The translations under genes were made by a program, and so were the position numbers. From Chiloscyllium plagiosum (Eukaryota), in NCBI RefSeq assembly GCF_004010195.1, contig NC_057719.1, positions 37,118,287-37,182,286 of the forward strand: DNA of 64,000 bases, in the 5' to 3' direction. The first letter of the stretch is position 1. The number at the start of each line of letters is the position of its first letter. Below are positions 40,306 through 51,420 of this stretch, piece after piece. A model generated the notes under the pieces. The model did not search any database, was not told the DNA's origin, and worked only from the letters and a program-made list of their open reading frames with translations.

Positions 40306-40778
40306 GTGAGGCCGCAGTGCTAACCACTGTGCCACCCGGGGCGGCACGGTGGCACAGTGGTTAGCACTGCGGCCTCACAGCGCCAAAGACCCGGGTTCAA
40401 TTCCTGCCTCAGGCAGATGCTGTGTGGAGTTTGCACATTCTCCCCGTGTCTGCGTGGGTTTCCTCCGGGTGCTCCGGTTTCCTCCCACAATCCAAAAATG
40501 TGCAGGTTAGGTGAATTGGCCATGCTAAATTGTCCATAGTGGAGGAGAAAGTGAGGTCTGCAGATGCTGGAGATCAGAGCTGGAAATGTGTTGCTGGAAA
40601 AGCGCAGCAGGTCAGGCAGCATCCAGGGAACAGGAGAATCGACGTTTCGGGCATAAGCCCTTCTTCACTATGTGAAGTAAATTGTCCATAGTGTTAGGTG
40701 AAGGGGTAAATGTAGGGAATGGGTCTGGGTGGACTTGTTAAGCCGAAGGGCCTGTTTCCACACTGTAATCTAATCTAA
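40306..40778 (+). mobile_element. HE1-type SINE with 5' fold-back duplication and nested insertion
   Basis: Head at 40339, intact V-domain, (aatct)n tail. Inverted copy at 40306-40336. Insert at 40542-40677. Confidence 0.92.
40542..40677 (-). mobile_element. 7013-family PLE mini-element, 16-bp TSD, nested in HE1
   Basis: TSD taaattgtccatagtg at 40526-40541 and 40678-40693. Truncated at (C)UGAAGA of the hammerhead. Confidence 0.9.
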
Positions 40779-41339
40779 ATTTAAATTTAAATATATCTCA
40801 TTAAACCCAAGCCAAGAAGTATAAAATGCTGAAATGTTGGGCAACTAGGGATAATCAATAAATGCTGGCCAGCCAGTGACACCCATGTCCCGGGACTGAA
40901 TAAAGAATTTTATAAAATTACAATTGCAGGATGTGTAATTGTAATAACTTGGGTCAAACATTCAACACATCATGTTATGGGTTTGTTCCAAGTTGACAAG
41001 ACAATGTTTTCAATTTTTTTAAGACAGTACATATTTATATTACATTTATTTGTTCATTTATTACAATTTTATGTACATATTGTGTTACATAGTGAATTTG
41101 AAGGAAACAATCATATTTAGTTGTCAGTATGTGCACAATGCAGTGATGCAGCAGAGCCTGTTTCTGCAAAATCTAATTTATTGTGCAATTGCTTTCTTAA
41201 ACAAAGGGATACTGAATGTAAGCAAAGGTTTTCAAGTTAATTCCACTGATGAGGTAACTTAGTACTTTAATTACATGTTACAGTGTCAACATGGAAAGAA
41301 ACAAATTGCAGTATGGTTGTTGAACAGAATTTCTTAAAT

Positions 41340-41695
41340 TAGTGGTCTTTCAGATTGAAGCAAGTCCACCTTTGCTCTTTCAGGGACATGTAAAGCTCTC
41401 TCCAATGGATATTAATGAGTCCCTGGCATGATTTTGGAGAAGATGGGCGTTATCCCGAGTGTTCTGGTCAATACTTATCAGTTATCAACATTACTGTGAA
41501 AAGAAATAGATTTTATCCGGTCACTATCAAAGTGCTGCTTGTTGGAGCTTGCTGTGTGCAATTTGGCAGCACTTTTCTTACATTACAAATATTCCTATAT
41601 TTCAAAAGTGCTTCATTTGCTGTAAATCACTTTGGAGAGCACTTTGGAGCATCAGAAGTCATGGAAAGCACGATGTAAATGCATGCCTTTTGTTT
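41340..41695 (+). mobile_element. Deu-domain SINE (SacSINE1/AmnSINE1-like), decayed
   Basis: tccctggcatgattttggagaagatgggcgttatcccgagtgttctggtcaatacttatc and ggagcttgctgtgtgcaatttggc resemble the Deu domain as I recall it. Confidence 0.65.
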
Positions 41696-42388
41696 ATTTT
41701 GAACCTTCAATATACGTTATTATTTGGGAGCTTGTGTTTAAATTAGAGGAAAAAATATCAGTTTATCAGTTCTGTGAAAATCTGACTCATTTTTTAACTC
41801 AAAAGTTATTTTGAACACTTGAGTTCAAACAACATTTACAAAAAAGACATGTGAATTCAACTGAATGACCAGCAGGACATCTGGGAAAACAATTGCTAAA
41901 GTGTTTGGTGACTTGTGTTTTACAACCAAGAGAGAAGAGGTAAGAAACAGGACCATTTAGAGACAGTGAGGCATTCATAGACAACCTATTGTTTTTAGCA
42001 GCCACTAAGCAATCAGGACTGTGGACAAGTCCTGAGTTTCTCAGATGTAAGTGGGGAGAAAGTTCAGAAGCAGAAGGCTATGAGAGTATCAGAGAGGTAT
42101 ACTGCCTATGAGGGTTGTGTCAAAATCGCATCAGCATTGTGGATTTACCTGCAGTACATGGACTGTAGTGGTTCTAAAAGGCAGCTCACTACCACCTTCT
42201 CAACTGAACTGTAACAATCCTTTACAATATATATGAATGACTTGGATGAGGCAAGTGAACATACTGTAACCAAGTTTGCAGATGACAGAAAAACAGATGG
42301 TGAGAATGAGACAGTCTGCAAAGAATATAAATAGATTAAGCAAGTGGGCAAAAACTTGACAAATAGAATACAATGTTGGAAAACGTGA

Positions 42389-43876
42389 CAGAGTCATAGA
42401 GATGTACAGCATGGAAACAGACCCTTCAGTCCAACCTGTTCACGCTGACCAGATATCCCAACCCATCTATTCCCACCTGCCAGCACCCGGCCCATATGCC
42501 TCCAAACCCTTCCTATTCATATACTCATCCAAATGCCTCTTAAATGTTGCAATTATACCAGCCTCCACCACATCCTCTGGCAGCTCATTCCATGCACATA
42601 CCACCCTCTGCATGAAAAAGTTGCCCCGAGGTCTCTTTTATATCTTTCCTCTCTCACTCTAAACCTATGCCCTCTAGTTCTGGATCCCCCGATCCCAGGG
42701 AAAAGACCAATCCATGCCCCTCATAATTTTGTAAACCTCCATAAGGTCCCAGTCTCCGACGCCCCAGGGAAAACAGTCCCAGCCTGTTCAGCCTCTCCCT
42801 GTAGCTCAAATCCTCCAACTCTGACAACATCCTTGTAAATCTTTTCTGAACCCTTCCAAGTTTCACAACATCTTTCCGATAGGAAGGAGACCAGAATTGC
42901 ACGCAATACTCCAACAGCGGCCTAACCAATGTCCTGTACAGCCGCAACATGACCTCCCAACTCCTGTACTCAATACTCTGACCAATAAAGGAAAGCATAC
43001 CAAACGCCTTCTTCACTATCCTATCTACCTGCGACTCCACTTTCAAGGAGCTATGAACCTGCACTCCAAGNNNNNNNNNNNNNNNNNNNNNNNNNNNNNN
43101 NNNNNNNNNNNNNNNNNNNNNNNNNNNNNNNNNNNNNNNNNNNNNNNNNNNNNNNNNNNNNNNNNNNNNNNNNNNNNNNNNNNNNNNNNNNNNNNNNNNN
43201 NNNNNNNNNNNNNNNNNNNNNNNNNNNNNNNNNNNNNNNNNNNNNNNNNNNNNNNNNNNNNNNNNNNNNNNNNNNNNNNNNNNNNNNNNNNNNNNNNNNN
43301 NNNNNNNNNNNNNNNNNNNNNNNNNNNNNNNNNNNNNNNNNNNNNNNNNNNNNNNNNNNNNNNNNNNNNNNNNNNNNNNNNNNNNNNNNNNNNNNNNNNN
43401 NNNNNNNNNNNNNNNNNNNNNNNNNNNNNNNNNNNNNNNNNNNNNNNNNNNNNNNNNNNNNNNNNNNNNNNNNNNNNNNNNNNNNNNNNNNNNNNNNNNN
43501 NNNNNNNNNNNNNNNNNNNNNNNNNNNNNNNNNNNNNNNNNNNNNNNNNNNNNNNNNNNNNNNNNNNNNNNNNNNNNNNNNNNNNNNNNNNNNNNNNNNN
43601 NNNNNNNACCTCACCTGTGACTATTGATGATACAAATATCTCTGCAAGAGGCCCAGCAATCACTTCTCTAACTTCTCACAGAGTTCTCGAGTACACCCGA
43701 TCAGGTCCTGTGGATTTATCCACCTTTAACCATTTCAAGACATCCAGCACTTTCTCCTCTGTAATCTGAACATTTTGCAAGATGTCACCATCTATTTCCC
43801 TAAGTCTAAATCTTCCATATCCTTTTCCACAGTAAATACAGATGCAAAATATTCATTTAGTATCTCCCCCATTTTG
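42389..43876 (-). mobile_element. Young HER1/CR1 LINE spanning an assembly gap
   Basis: ORF 42654 LYRTLVRPLLEYCVQFWSPSYRKDVVKL. After the gap, VDKSTGPDRVYSRTL and EVIAGPLAEIFVSS. Confidence 0.92.
43071..43607. other. Assembly gap (537 N)
   Basis: Run of n. Confidence 1.
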
Positions 43877-44989
43877 TGTACAATGGCAGGAAGAATAAAG
43901 GATCTGAATATTATTTAAATGGAGAAACACTACAGAAATCTACAGAAAGGAGCAAGCATCCTAGTTCAGTAGGTAATAGGAAAGTCAAGTGGGATACTGC
44001 CCTTTACTTCAAAGAGAATGGTACATAAAAGTAGGAAGGCTTTGCTAAAATTATACAAGGCAGACCACAGCTAGAATATCCTGAAGATTTCTGGGTCCCT
44101 TGTTTAAGGAAACTTGTACTGGCATTGAAGTCAGAGGAGATTCACTAAACTGATTCCAGGTACGGAAGGGCTGTCTCATGAGAAGAGGTTCAGTAGGCTA
44201 AGTCTGCACTGATTGGATTTTAAAAGAATGAGAGTTGGCCTTACTGAAACATAAAAGAATCTTTGGAGACTTAACAGTTAAGATGCAGAGAAATTGTTTC
44301 CAATGTGGGAGAGTCTGGGACCCGAGGGCATAATCCCAGAATAACAGGTTGCCCATTGAAAACAAAGATGAGGAGGAATTTCTTCTCTCAATGGGGAGTG
44401 AATCAGTGGACTTCTTTATCATAGAAAACTGTTGAGGCTGTTAAGTATATTCGGGACTCAGTTGGACATACTTTTGTTCAGTAAGGGAAGTAATGATTAA
44501 GGGAGAAAGGTAGGAAGTAGTGTTGTGGGTTACCAGATCATCCTTGATCTCACTGAATGGCATTACAGATTTATGAGCTGAACGGTCTACTTTTGCTCCC
44601 ACAACTTTTGATCTCATTGTTATCTGACTGATCCAGCTTCCTCTTTCCCCAGTCACCCTTTTATATTGTCCACAAAATCAGAATGAGAATCTGCATCTGT
44701 TGTTGCTCTAACCTTCTAAATTACAAAGTAACTAACCATTAGATTAAAAGTATGAATAACATATTAAAAGGGCAAAACTTGCTGTATGATAGCACAAAAT
44801 TTTATCTCCTGACTGTTCCATATGCATAGTTTTCTACAGTTTCTCTTGCAAGCATAGGTAATACCTGTGGCTTTTGTGATTTAGTAATGCAGTCAGAAAG
44901 TCAGTCTCTACCCATTATGTGAGTCCACTGCAGTATAGGTCATGGTGACAGTACTGAATTGGGAAGCCAGATTCCTCCTCTTGAGAAAA

Positions 44990-46150
44990 GATTATGTCCT
45001 CTGCTCCTAGAGTCTTCCACAAAGAAAGACAACCTCTCCACATCTACCACAACTTGCATGTTACAATAAGGTCACTTCCCATTCTTTTAAATTTCAGTAA
45101 GTACAGATCTAACCTACTAAGCCTCTCCTTATCACACAATCCTTCCATACCTAGTTCACTTGGTGTGTACCATCTCAGGACTGCCCCCAATGCCATTCTA
45201 TTGTTCTTTACATAAGGAGTCCAAAACTGTTCACAGTATTCGGGTGTGGTCTGATGAGTGCTTTGCATAGTTTTAGCAAAACCTCCCTACTTATATACGC
45301 CATTCCCTTTGAAATAAAGCCAACATGACATCTGTTTTCCTTATTACCTACTGAATCTGGAGGCTAGCTTTTGTGATTCATGCACAAGGACTCCTAAATT
45401 CGTCTCTTCTGTAGCTTTCTGCAGTCTCCCTTCATTTAAATAATAATCAGCTCTTATACTCTTCCTGCCAAAATGCATAACTTCACATTTTCCCACATTA
45501 TATTCCAGCTACCAAGTTTTTGCCCACTCATTTAACCTGTCTGTATTCCTCTGTGGATTCTTTGTGCCATCCTCACCATTTGACTTCCCAACTATTTTTG
45601 TTTCATCTGGAAACTTGGCTATAATACATTCACTTTCTTCATCCAAGTGGGGATGCACTGGCCTGGTGATATTATCGCTAGACTATTAATTCAGAGATCT
45701 TGGTAATGTTCTGGAGACCTGGGTTCAAATCCCAACATAGTAAATGGTGAAGTTTGAATTCAGTAAAAATCTGGAATTAAGCATTCATTGATGGTCCTGA
45801 AACAAATGCTGATTGTCAGGATACACCCAGCTCATTCACTAAAGTCCTTTAAAGAAGGAAACTGCTGGCCTAAATGTGACAGCAGAATCATAGCAACGTG
45901 GTTAATTCTTGAATGCCCTGTGGGCAATTAGGAATGGGCAATAAATGCTGGCCTAGTCCGCAATGCCTGTATTCCAAAACAAATATATTTTTAAAAAAGG
46001 TAAAGAATTCCACAGATTCACTACCCTCCTTGGCAAAGAAATTCCTCCTCGTCTGTTTTCCCTGGGCAACCCCTTATTCTGGGATGTAGCCCTCTAGTCT
46101 CAGACTCTCCCATGAGGTAAAAACTCTTCCATATCTACCCTGATCTCCTA
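44990..46150 (-). mobile_element. CR1 fragments flanking a SINE
   Basis: PEYCEQFWTPY..., ERLSRLDLYLL in ORF 45044. A further CR1 3' piece lies at 46000-46145. Confidence 0.75.
45649..45998 (+). mobile_element. tRNA-derived SINE (non-HE1 family), full length
   Basis: A-box-like tggcctggtga, B box gggttcaaatccc, tail gggcaataaatgctggcctag. Confidence 0.8.
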
Positions 46151-47020
46151 CGTAAGAGTGATCATAATAACTGTACATTCAATTAGATGGTAAGAAACTT
46201 GGATCTGAAACTAGCATCTGAAATAAAGGGTGAACAGAGATGGCTAAAGTAGACTGGGAAAATAGATTAAAAGATCAGATATAGCAGACAATTTTTGAGA
46301 GTATTCATAACTCTCATTAAGGTACCTTTCATTTAGAAACAGTCATCACAAGGATGCACCATCCTTCACTAAGTAAGTTAAAGATGGTATCATATTGAGA
46401 TGTCATCTCTGCAAAGCAAGTGGTCAAATTAATTAACATACATTGCAAGATTAGATTGATATTTTGAAGTTTAGTACTTCAGACTTTAAGTACAGTTTAC
46501 CCAACTATAATAATATTGTTGAATAAATGGATGCATTTCTAGATGACATGTAATATTAAATATCTAAATTAGGATTGAGAAGTTGATTGCTAATGACTGA
46601 CTACATGGTCTAAATATAACTTTGGGATTGCCTAATGTACACTGTTTGTGTACATTAATTCTCATGCAATCATTTGAACAATTGTTTTTATTGAATGTCT
46701 CAAGTAAAAATAATTTTGCATTTATACATCACGTCATTCACATCCTCAGAACATTTCAACACACTTTAAAACTGATGGATGTACTTGATGTACAGTCATT
46801 GTTCATTCAGGGAATAACCCTGACTAAAACACAAGTAAAACCAATGTTTTTCTTTGACTTGTGCCAGTGGATTCTTTGCAACACTTGAATGGACACACAG
46901 GGCACTTCATTATTTTTGTGGCAATCCAGACTGTGTACTCATTATGAAGTGGGTCTTGAACTGACAACCTCCTGACCCAGTAGTTTGAGAGTTTCAGCAA
47001 ATATGCTAATTTGGAAACAA

Positions 47021-47239
47021 GGAGAAAGTGAGGACTGCAGATGCTGGAGATCGGAGCTGAAAATGTGTTGCTGGAAAAGCACAGCAGGTCAGGCAGCATC
47101 CAAGGAGCAGGAGAATCGACGTTTCGGGCATGAGCCCTTCTTCAGGACTCATGCCCGAAGGGCTCATGCCAGAAACATCGATTCTCCTGCTCCTTGGATG
47201 CTGCCTGACCTGCGGCGCTTTTCCAGCAACACATTTTCA
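47021..47239 (-). mobile_element. Palindromic 7013-family PLE mini-element, 13-bp or longer TSD
   Basis: TSD gctaatttggaaa at 47005-47017 and 47240-47252. Arms ~47055-47140 and 47157-47242. Confidence 0.88.
47113..47150 (-). ncRNA. Best-preserved minimal hammerhead ribozyme
   Basis: GAGUC-CUGAAGA-A-GGGC(UCAU)GCCC-GAAA-CG-UC^GAUUC: 5-bp helix I (one GU pair), 4-bp helix II, ACGU palindrome. Confidence 0.75.
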
Positions 47240-47708
47240 GCTAATTTGGAAATCAAGTCCATGTTTACTAACAATAATCATCCTTTTGGTGAATAGTTTT
47301 GCAATGTACACTTCTTTTGTTTTTAATTAATGTATTTCCATTATAAACTCATTTTCTGTCGACTGTGAGGTACTTCTGTGAAATATCCTCCTGCACTATT
47401 GTCAGTTTACAAAGCTAAAATATTATACTTATGAGTAATCCAAGATATCTGAATAATACTAAAACACATAATCACAAATAATAATATATTTATTCTGGTA
47501 TTTCTACATCACACCAACAGATGGTAATACCAGATAACATTTGCTCGTTAACTATTCTAACTATTTCAGCTTAGCTTTAACTCACACCACAGTAGATCTT
47601 ATCTTCGGTCAGATATGTGGTTTCTAATGACCTTTTATTCAATAATAATAACAATTAGTATTTAAACAGCATTTTTAACACTACAAAATGTTCCAAGCTA
47701 TCAATTTT

Positions 47709-48737
47709 TGAGAAGATTTGTAGTTCAGGTTTATGATAAGTACGTAAGTTAGTTTGCTAAGCTGGAAGATTTTGTTTTCAGACATTTAGTCAGCATACTA
47801 GGTAACATCATCAGTGAGAGTCTCCTGTGAAGCACTGGTGGTATGTCCCGCCTCTATTTATAGGCCTTAGAATAAAGAACAAAGAAAATTTACAGCCCAG
47901 GAACAGCCCCTTCAGCTCTCCAAGCCTGAGCCGATCCAAATGTACTGTCTAAACCTGTCACCCAATTCCTAAGCATCTGATTCCCTCTGCTCCCCACCTA
48001 TTCATGCATCCGTCCAGATGCACCTTAAATGAAGCTACTGTGCCTGCCTCTACCACCTCTGCTGGCAATGCGTTCCAGATGCCCATACCCTCTGTGTGAA
48101 GTACTTGCCTCACGTATGCCCCTTAAACTTTCCACCTCTCACCTTGAATGCCTGACCCCTCATTATTGATTTCTTGGTTTCTTAAGGTGGGTCATGTGTT
48201 TTTTTTAAGGCAAGGTAGATCGGGTCTAAATCAATGTGTTTATTGATGGAGTTCTAATTAGAATGCCATGCCTCTAAGAATTCTCATGTGTGTCTTTGTT
48301 TCACCTGTCCGAGCATGTGTCCCAGTTAAAGTGATGTCCTTCTTTGTCTGTGTGTATGGAAACTTAGTGATAGTGGGTTGTGTCTTTTGGTGGCTAGTTG
48401 GTGTTCATGTATCCTGGTGGCAAGTTTCTTGCTTGTTTGAACAGCGACTAATGAAACTAAAGAATCCATTAAAGTACTGCCATTAAATCTAACATCATTT
48501 ACAAGATACCATGCAAGAACTGTAAAAAGCACTACATTGGACAAACAAGCAGGAATCTTGCCACCAAGATACACGAAAAAAAACACAGAAATGATATCAC
48601 CCACCTTAAGAAACCAAGACCTATAAATAGAGAGGTGGGGCATACCACCAGTGCTTCACTGGAGACTCTCACCTGATATTACCTGGTATAGTGATGAAAC
48701 ATCTGAAAACAAATCTTCCAGCTCAGCGAGCTAACTT
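47709..48737. mobile_element. Inverted (two-arm) Penelope-like element with GIY-YIG remnants
   Basis: + strand IIYKIPCKNCKKHYIGQTSRNLATKIHE at ~48494-48577. - strand QTSKKLATRIHEHQLATKRH (ORF 48326). Inverted pLTRs at 47750-47870 and 48600-48737. Confidence 0.9.
47868..48168 (-). mobile_element. CR1 3' end nested in the PLE pLTR
   Basis: Reverse complement of the 10830-11105 tail (aaagaacaaagaaaatttacagcccaggaacag). Confidence 0.85.
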
Positions 48738-49799
48738 CCTAAACAGTTCCAAGCTGTTTTACTGGACCATAACAAGGCAAGAAATAACACAAAGCTAAAA
48801 ATGTAGATTTCAATTAAATTGACTACAATTTGGGTCAAACAAATAAGCTTTAAGGATTTTCTTAAAAGGAGAGATGAAAGAGGTAGAAAAATAGAGATTT
48901 GTGAATGGAATCCTGGCACATTAGACCTAGGCAGCTGAATTCACCACTACAAATGCAGGAGTGAAGCAAACTGTAACACTCTTAGTTATGAAGGTGTAAG
49001 GGACAAGGACATGACCAGGATGAGAGGTCATGATTTTAGGACAAAAGGTTGCAGATTTAAACCGGGGGTAACGACAAAATACTTCTCTCAAAGGGTCATG
49101 AATCTGTGGAATTCACTACTCCACAATTCACCACCCCAACATGGTTGTTATATTAGCCTATAATGTCCATTTTTATTAAACATTAGTTCATTTGTAAGTG
49201 AAGTAATTCAAAACATTAGGGATATGATCAGCTATTCTTGTGATAATTTTTTTTCAAATAGCTCAAGTGATCTCTACTCCTTAAATTTGAGTTATTTTCC
49301 AAATAATTATCACTGTGATGCCTGATGAATAATCTTTTTTAGAATTAACATTCATTTCAAAAATGAGTTCTAGCTGAGGCTATTCCTTGGAGCATTATTG
49401 TGGGTTTCGAGTGCTTAACACATGCTACATGAAACGCACAGTTCAGAGTCAGAATGCACTGGTGGACAATATTTTATCTCAATTAGTCTTTTACTGCTTC
49501 ACCAATAAAGGCAGCTACTAAGTGCATCTGATACAGTCTACATAATTTAAATAAACCTCAATTTAACATGCTTCCTCAATCAAAAACAGTCATACAGCTG
49601 TTAGAGATGCTTTTTAAAATATATTATTCATGTTTTTAACCTCAGACAGGCAACATATGACCTCAAACTCAATTTGAATCCCTATTTAGACTCTTATGTC
49701 TCCGCATTGTGTTTTTAGCACTACCTAAACTGCTTGTGTTCTTTTCATAGTTTTTATGACTTTAGGAGCACTGCTGTCATCACAGTTTTAATGTTAAGT

Positions 49800-51420
49800 T
49801 GCCTAAGCAGAATAAATTTAATACCAAAACATCACCCTCAAACTCAAGTCAAGGACATGATGTTATTATGTGCTCCATTGTTTGGTCCAGATTTCTGTCA
49901 TTGCATCCACGTGAGCTGTTAAGTTTCCACTTGTGCATCAGGTGGTCACATCAGTCATGTTCAGACCATACTTTATTGAATGTTTTCAGCGTGCTCTGGA
50001 GGAAATTATTGGGTGGCATACAATGTGTTTCTTTGAGAGGGTATTTTCTGTCCAAGCTTCCCTCTAGGTTTCATCTTTTTTACAGAGTTGGAGATCTGCA
50101 ATTCACATCCTCGTGAGTTTAGTGGAGCCCTATGAAATTTTGGAGACAATTTTCTTGTCCATAGACAAGGAAATCCAAGTCACGGCTTTGTTGAGTTATT
50201 TTTCTGTGTTGCTGCTTCCCACTGAATGGAGCAATGGGAGATATTTGAGAGGACTGTAACTTCTGAACTAGAGTTAATCTCTGAGTTTCAGAGATTTCAC
50301 TACTGATGAACTGTCTGTCATTGCATTGCGTGTGGAAACATGTGGCCCATATACGTGCAGAGTTAGAACAAACTAATTTTTGTGTAGTTTTAACATTGCA
50401 ACGTTTTTGCATCTGTTTCACCTGTATCAAGCTTCTTTCTAGTTCTCATGATGTACATATTGTGAATAAAACAGGGCAATCACCAAAGTGAAATCTATAG
50501 ATGTGGGTAGTATTTCTGAAAATTCTCTTCTTTCTCTCAGGCACTCCCTCAGGATTGAGTATGCCCTTTTTACAATCCCATCATTGGGTTCTGAAGTAGC
50601 TGCTATGTCCAATATGCAGTTTACAGATCCTGCCCATGCACAGTTGGATAGATTGGTTGTCGACAGGTTTGTATGATCCCTCTGATGCCTCAGTTTCACC
50701 TCTGCACATTCACGACAAAGTCTCGCGTGTGCTTTGTGCCTTCCCGAAACAGCCTCCTATAATTTTGGTCAGTCATGAGCCAGGCCCTTTTTTATGTGGG
50801 TGGGTATATCTGACCTCTTTAGTGATGCTTTGTGGTCATAGCTAAAATATTTTGGTTGTCCTCCTAGGAATCATCTACTGCAACCAAGTTGAGCAGAGAG
50901 TATTTGATCAGGATTTGGGTGCCAGCTTATAAATGACATGTCCAGCCTTGTGGAACTGGTTTGGATCATTAGCACCTCAATATTAGGCTGGTTTGGGAGA
51001 GGAGGTTGTTTTTGGACAGCCTTTCTTGCTCCAGGATTTGGAGGAGCAAGTGCTGGTTCTTCAATGCTTTGAGGTGATCACTGTAAGAAGCTCCAAAGTA
51101 TAAAGGAGAACAGGGATCCCTGCTGCTGGGTCAACTACGGCATTTAGTCCATGAATTATAGCAGTGACCGTAACAGAGATAATGATTTAAGCTAAAAGCC
51201 AGACACAGGTCATGGGTTTTACAGTAGGGTTTTTTTGTGGACTCTGTGAATGTGTGTTTGTCATGGTTTCTGTACTGCATGTTTAAGTGTGCTGTTAGCC
51301 TGGGCTCATTACTGTTTTGAGGATAACAATGTTTACAAGAGACCGTCTCGGTGGTTGTCCTCTCAGGGTTTCCTGGAACCTCTAATAGGCCACAGGCAAA
51401 ACTTTGCTTGGTTCTGCTAA
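49800..51420 (-). pseudogene. Decayed Vingi/Ingi-like (I-group) non-LTR retrotransposon RT ORF
   Basis: Colinear motifs across frameshifts: LKALKN, ANDPNQF (50953-50973), VIYKL, DQILS, THIKKG, VIA..LF.NMYI, DAKTL, ARIW...HT, IAP, and C-terminal HLMHKWKL...C...QTMEHIITSCP*LEFEG (49944-49835). Confidence 0.7.

Larger units (their letters stand above)
42040..44615 (+). mobile_element. Old CR1 (42040-42388 and 43877-44615) split by a younger antisense CR1
   Basis: TKFADD and EYNVGK motifs before the insert. ttatttaaatggaga, LYK...RPQLEY and RRNFF after it. Confidence 0.75.

Noticed and set aside
42897..43769. Longest ORFs in the track (290, 206 and 187 aa)
   Set aside because: Artefacts of translating through the N gap.
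50119..51420. Resemblance to a retroviral integrase (DGIVKRAYSILRECL) or a lokiretrovirus-like env (signal-peptide-like MTCVWLLA*IIISV, SR*FLGG furin/fusion-like site)
   Set aside because: The same DNA gives a longer colinear series of non-LTR RT motifs that continues into a clear Vingi-like C-terminus. The env and integrase similarities are sparse and best read as coincidence.
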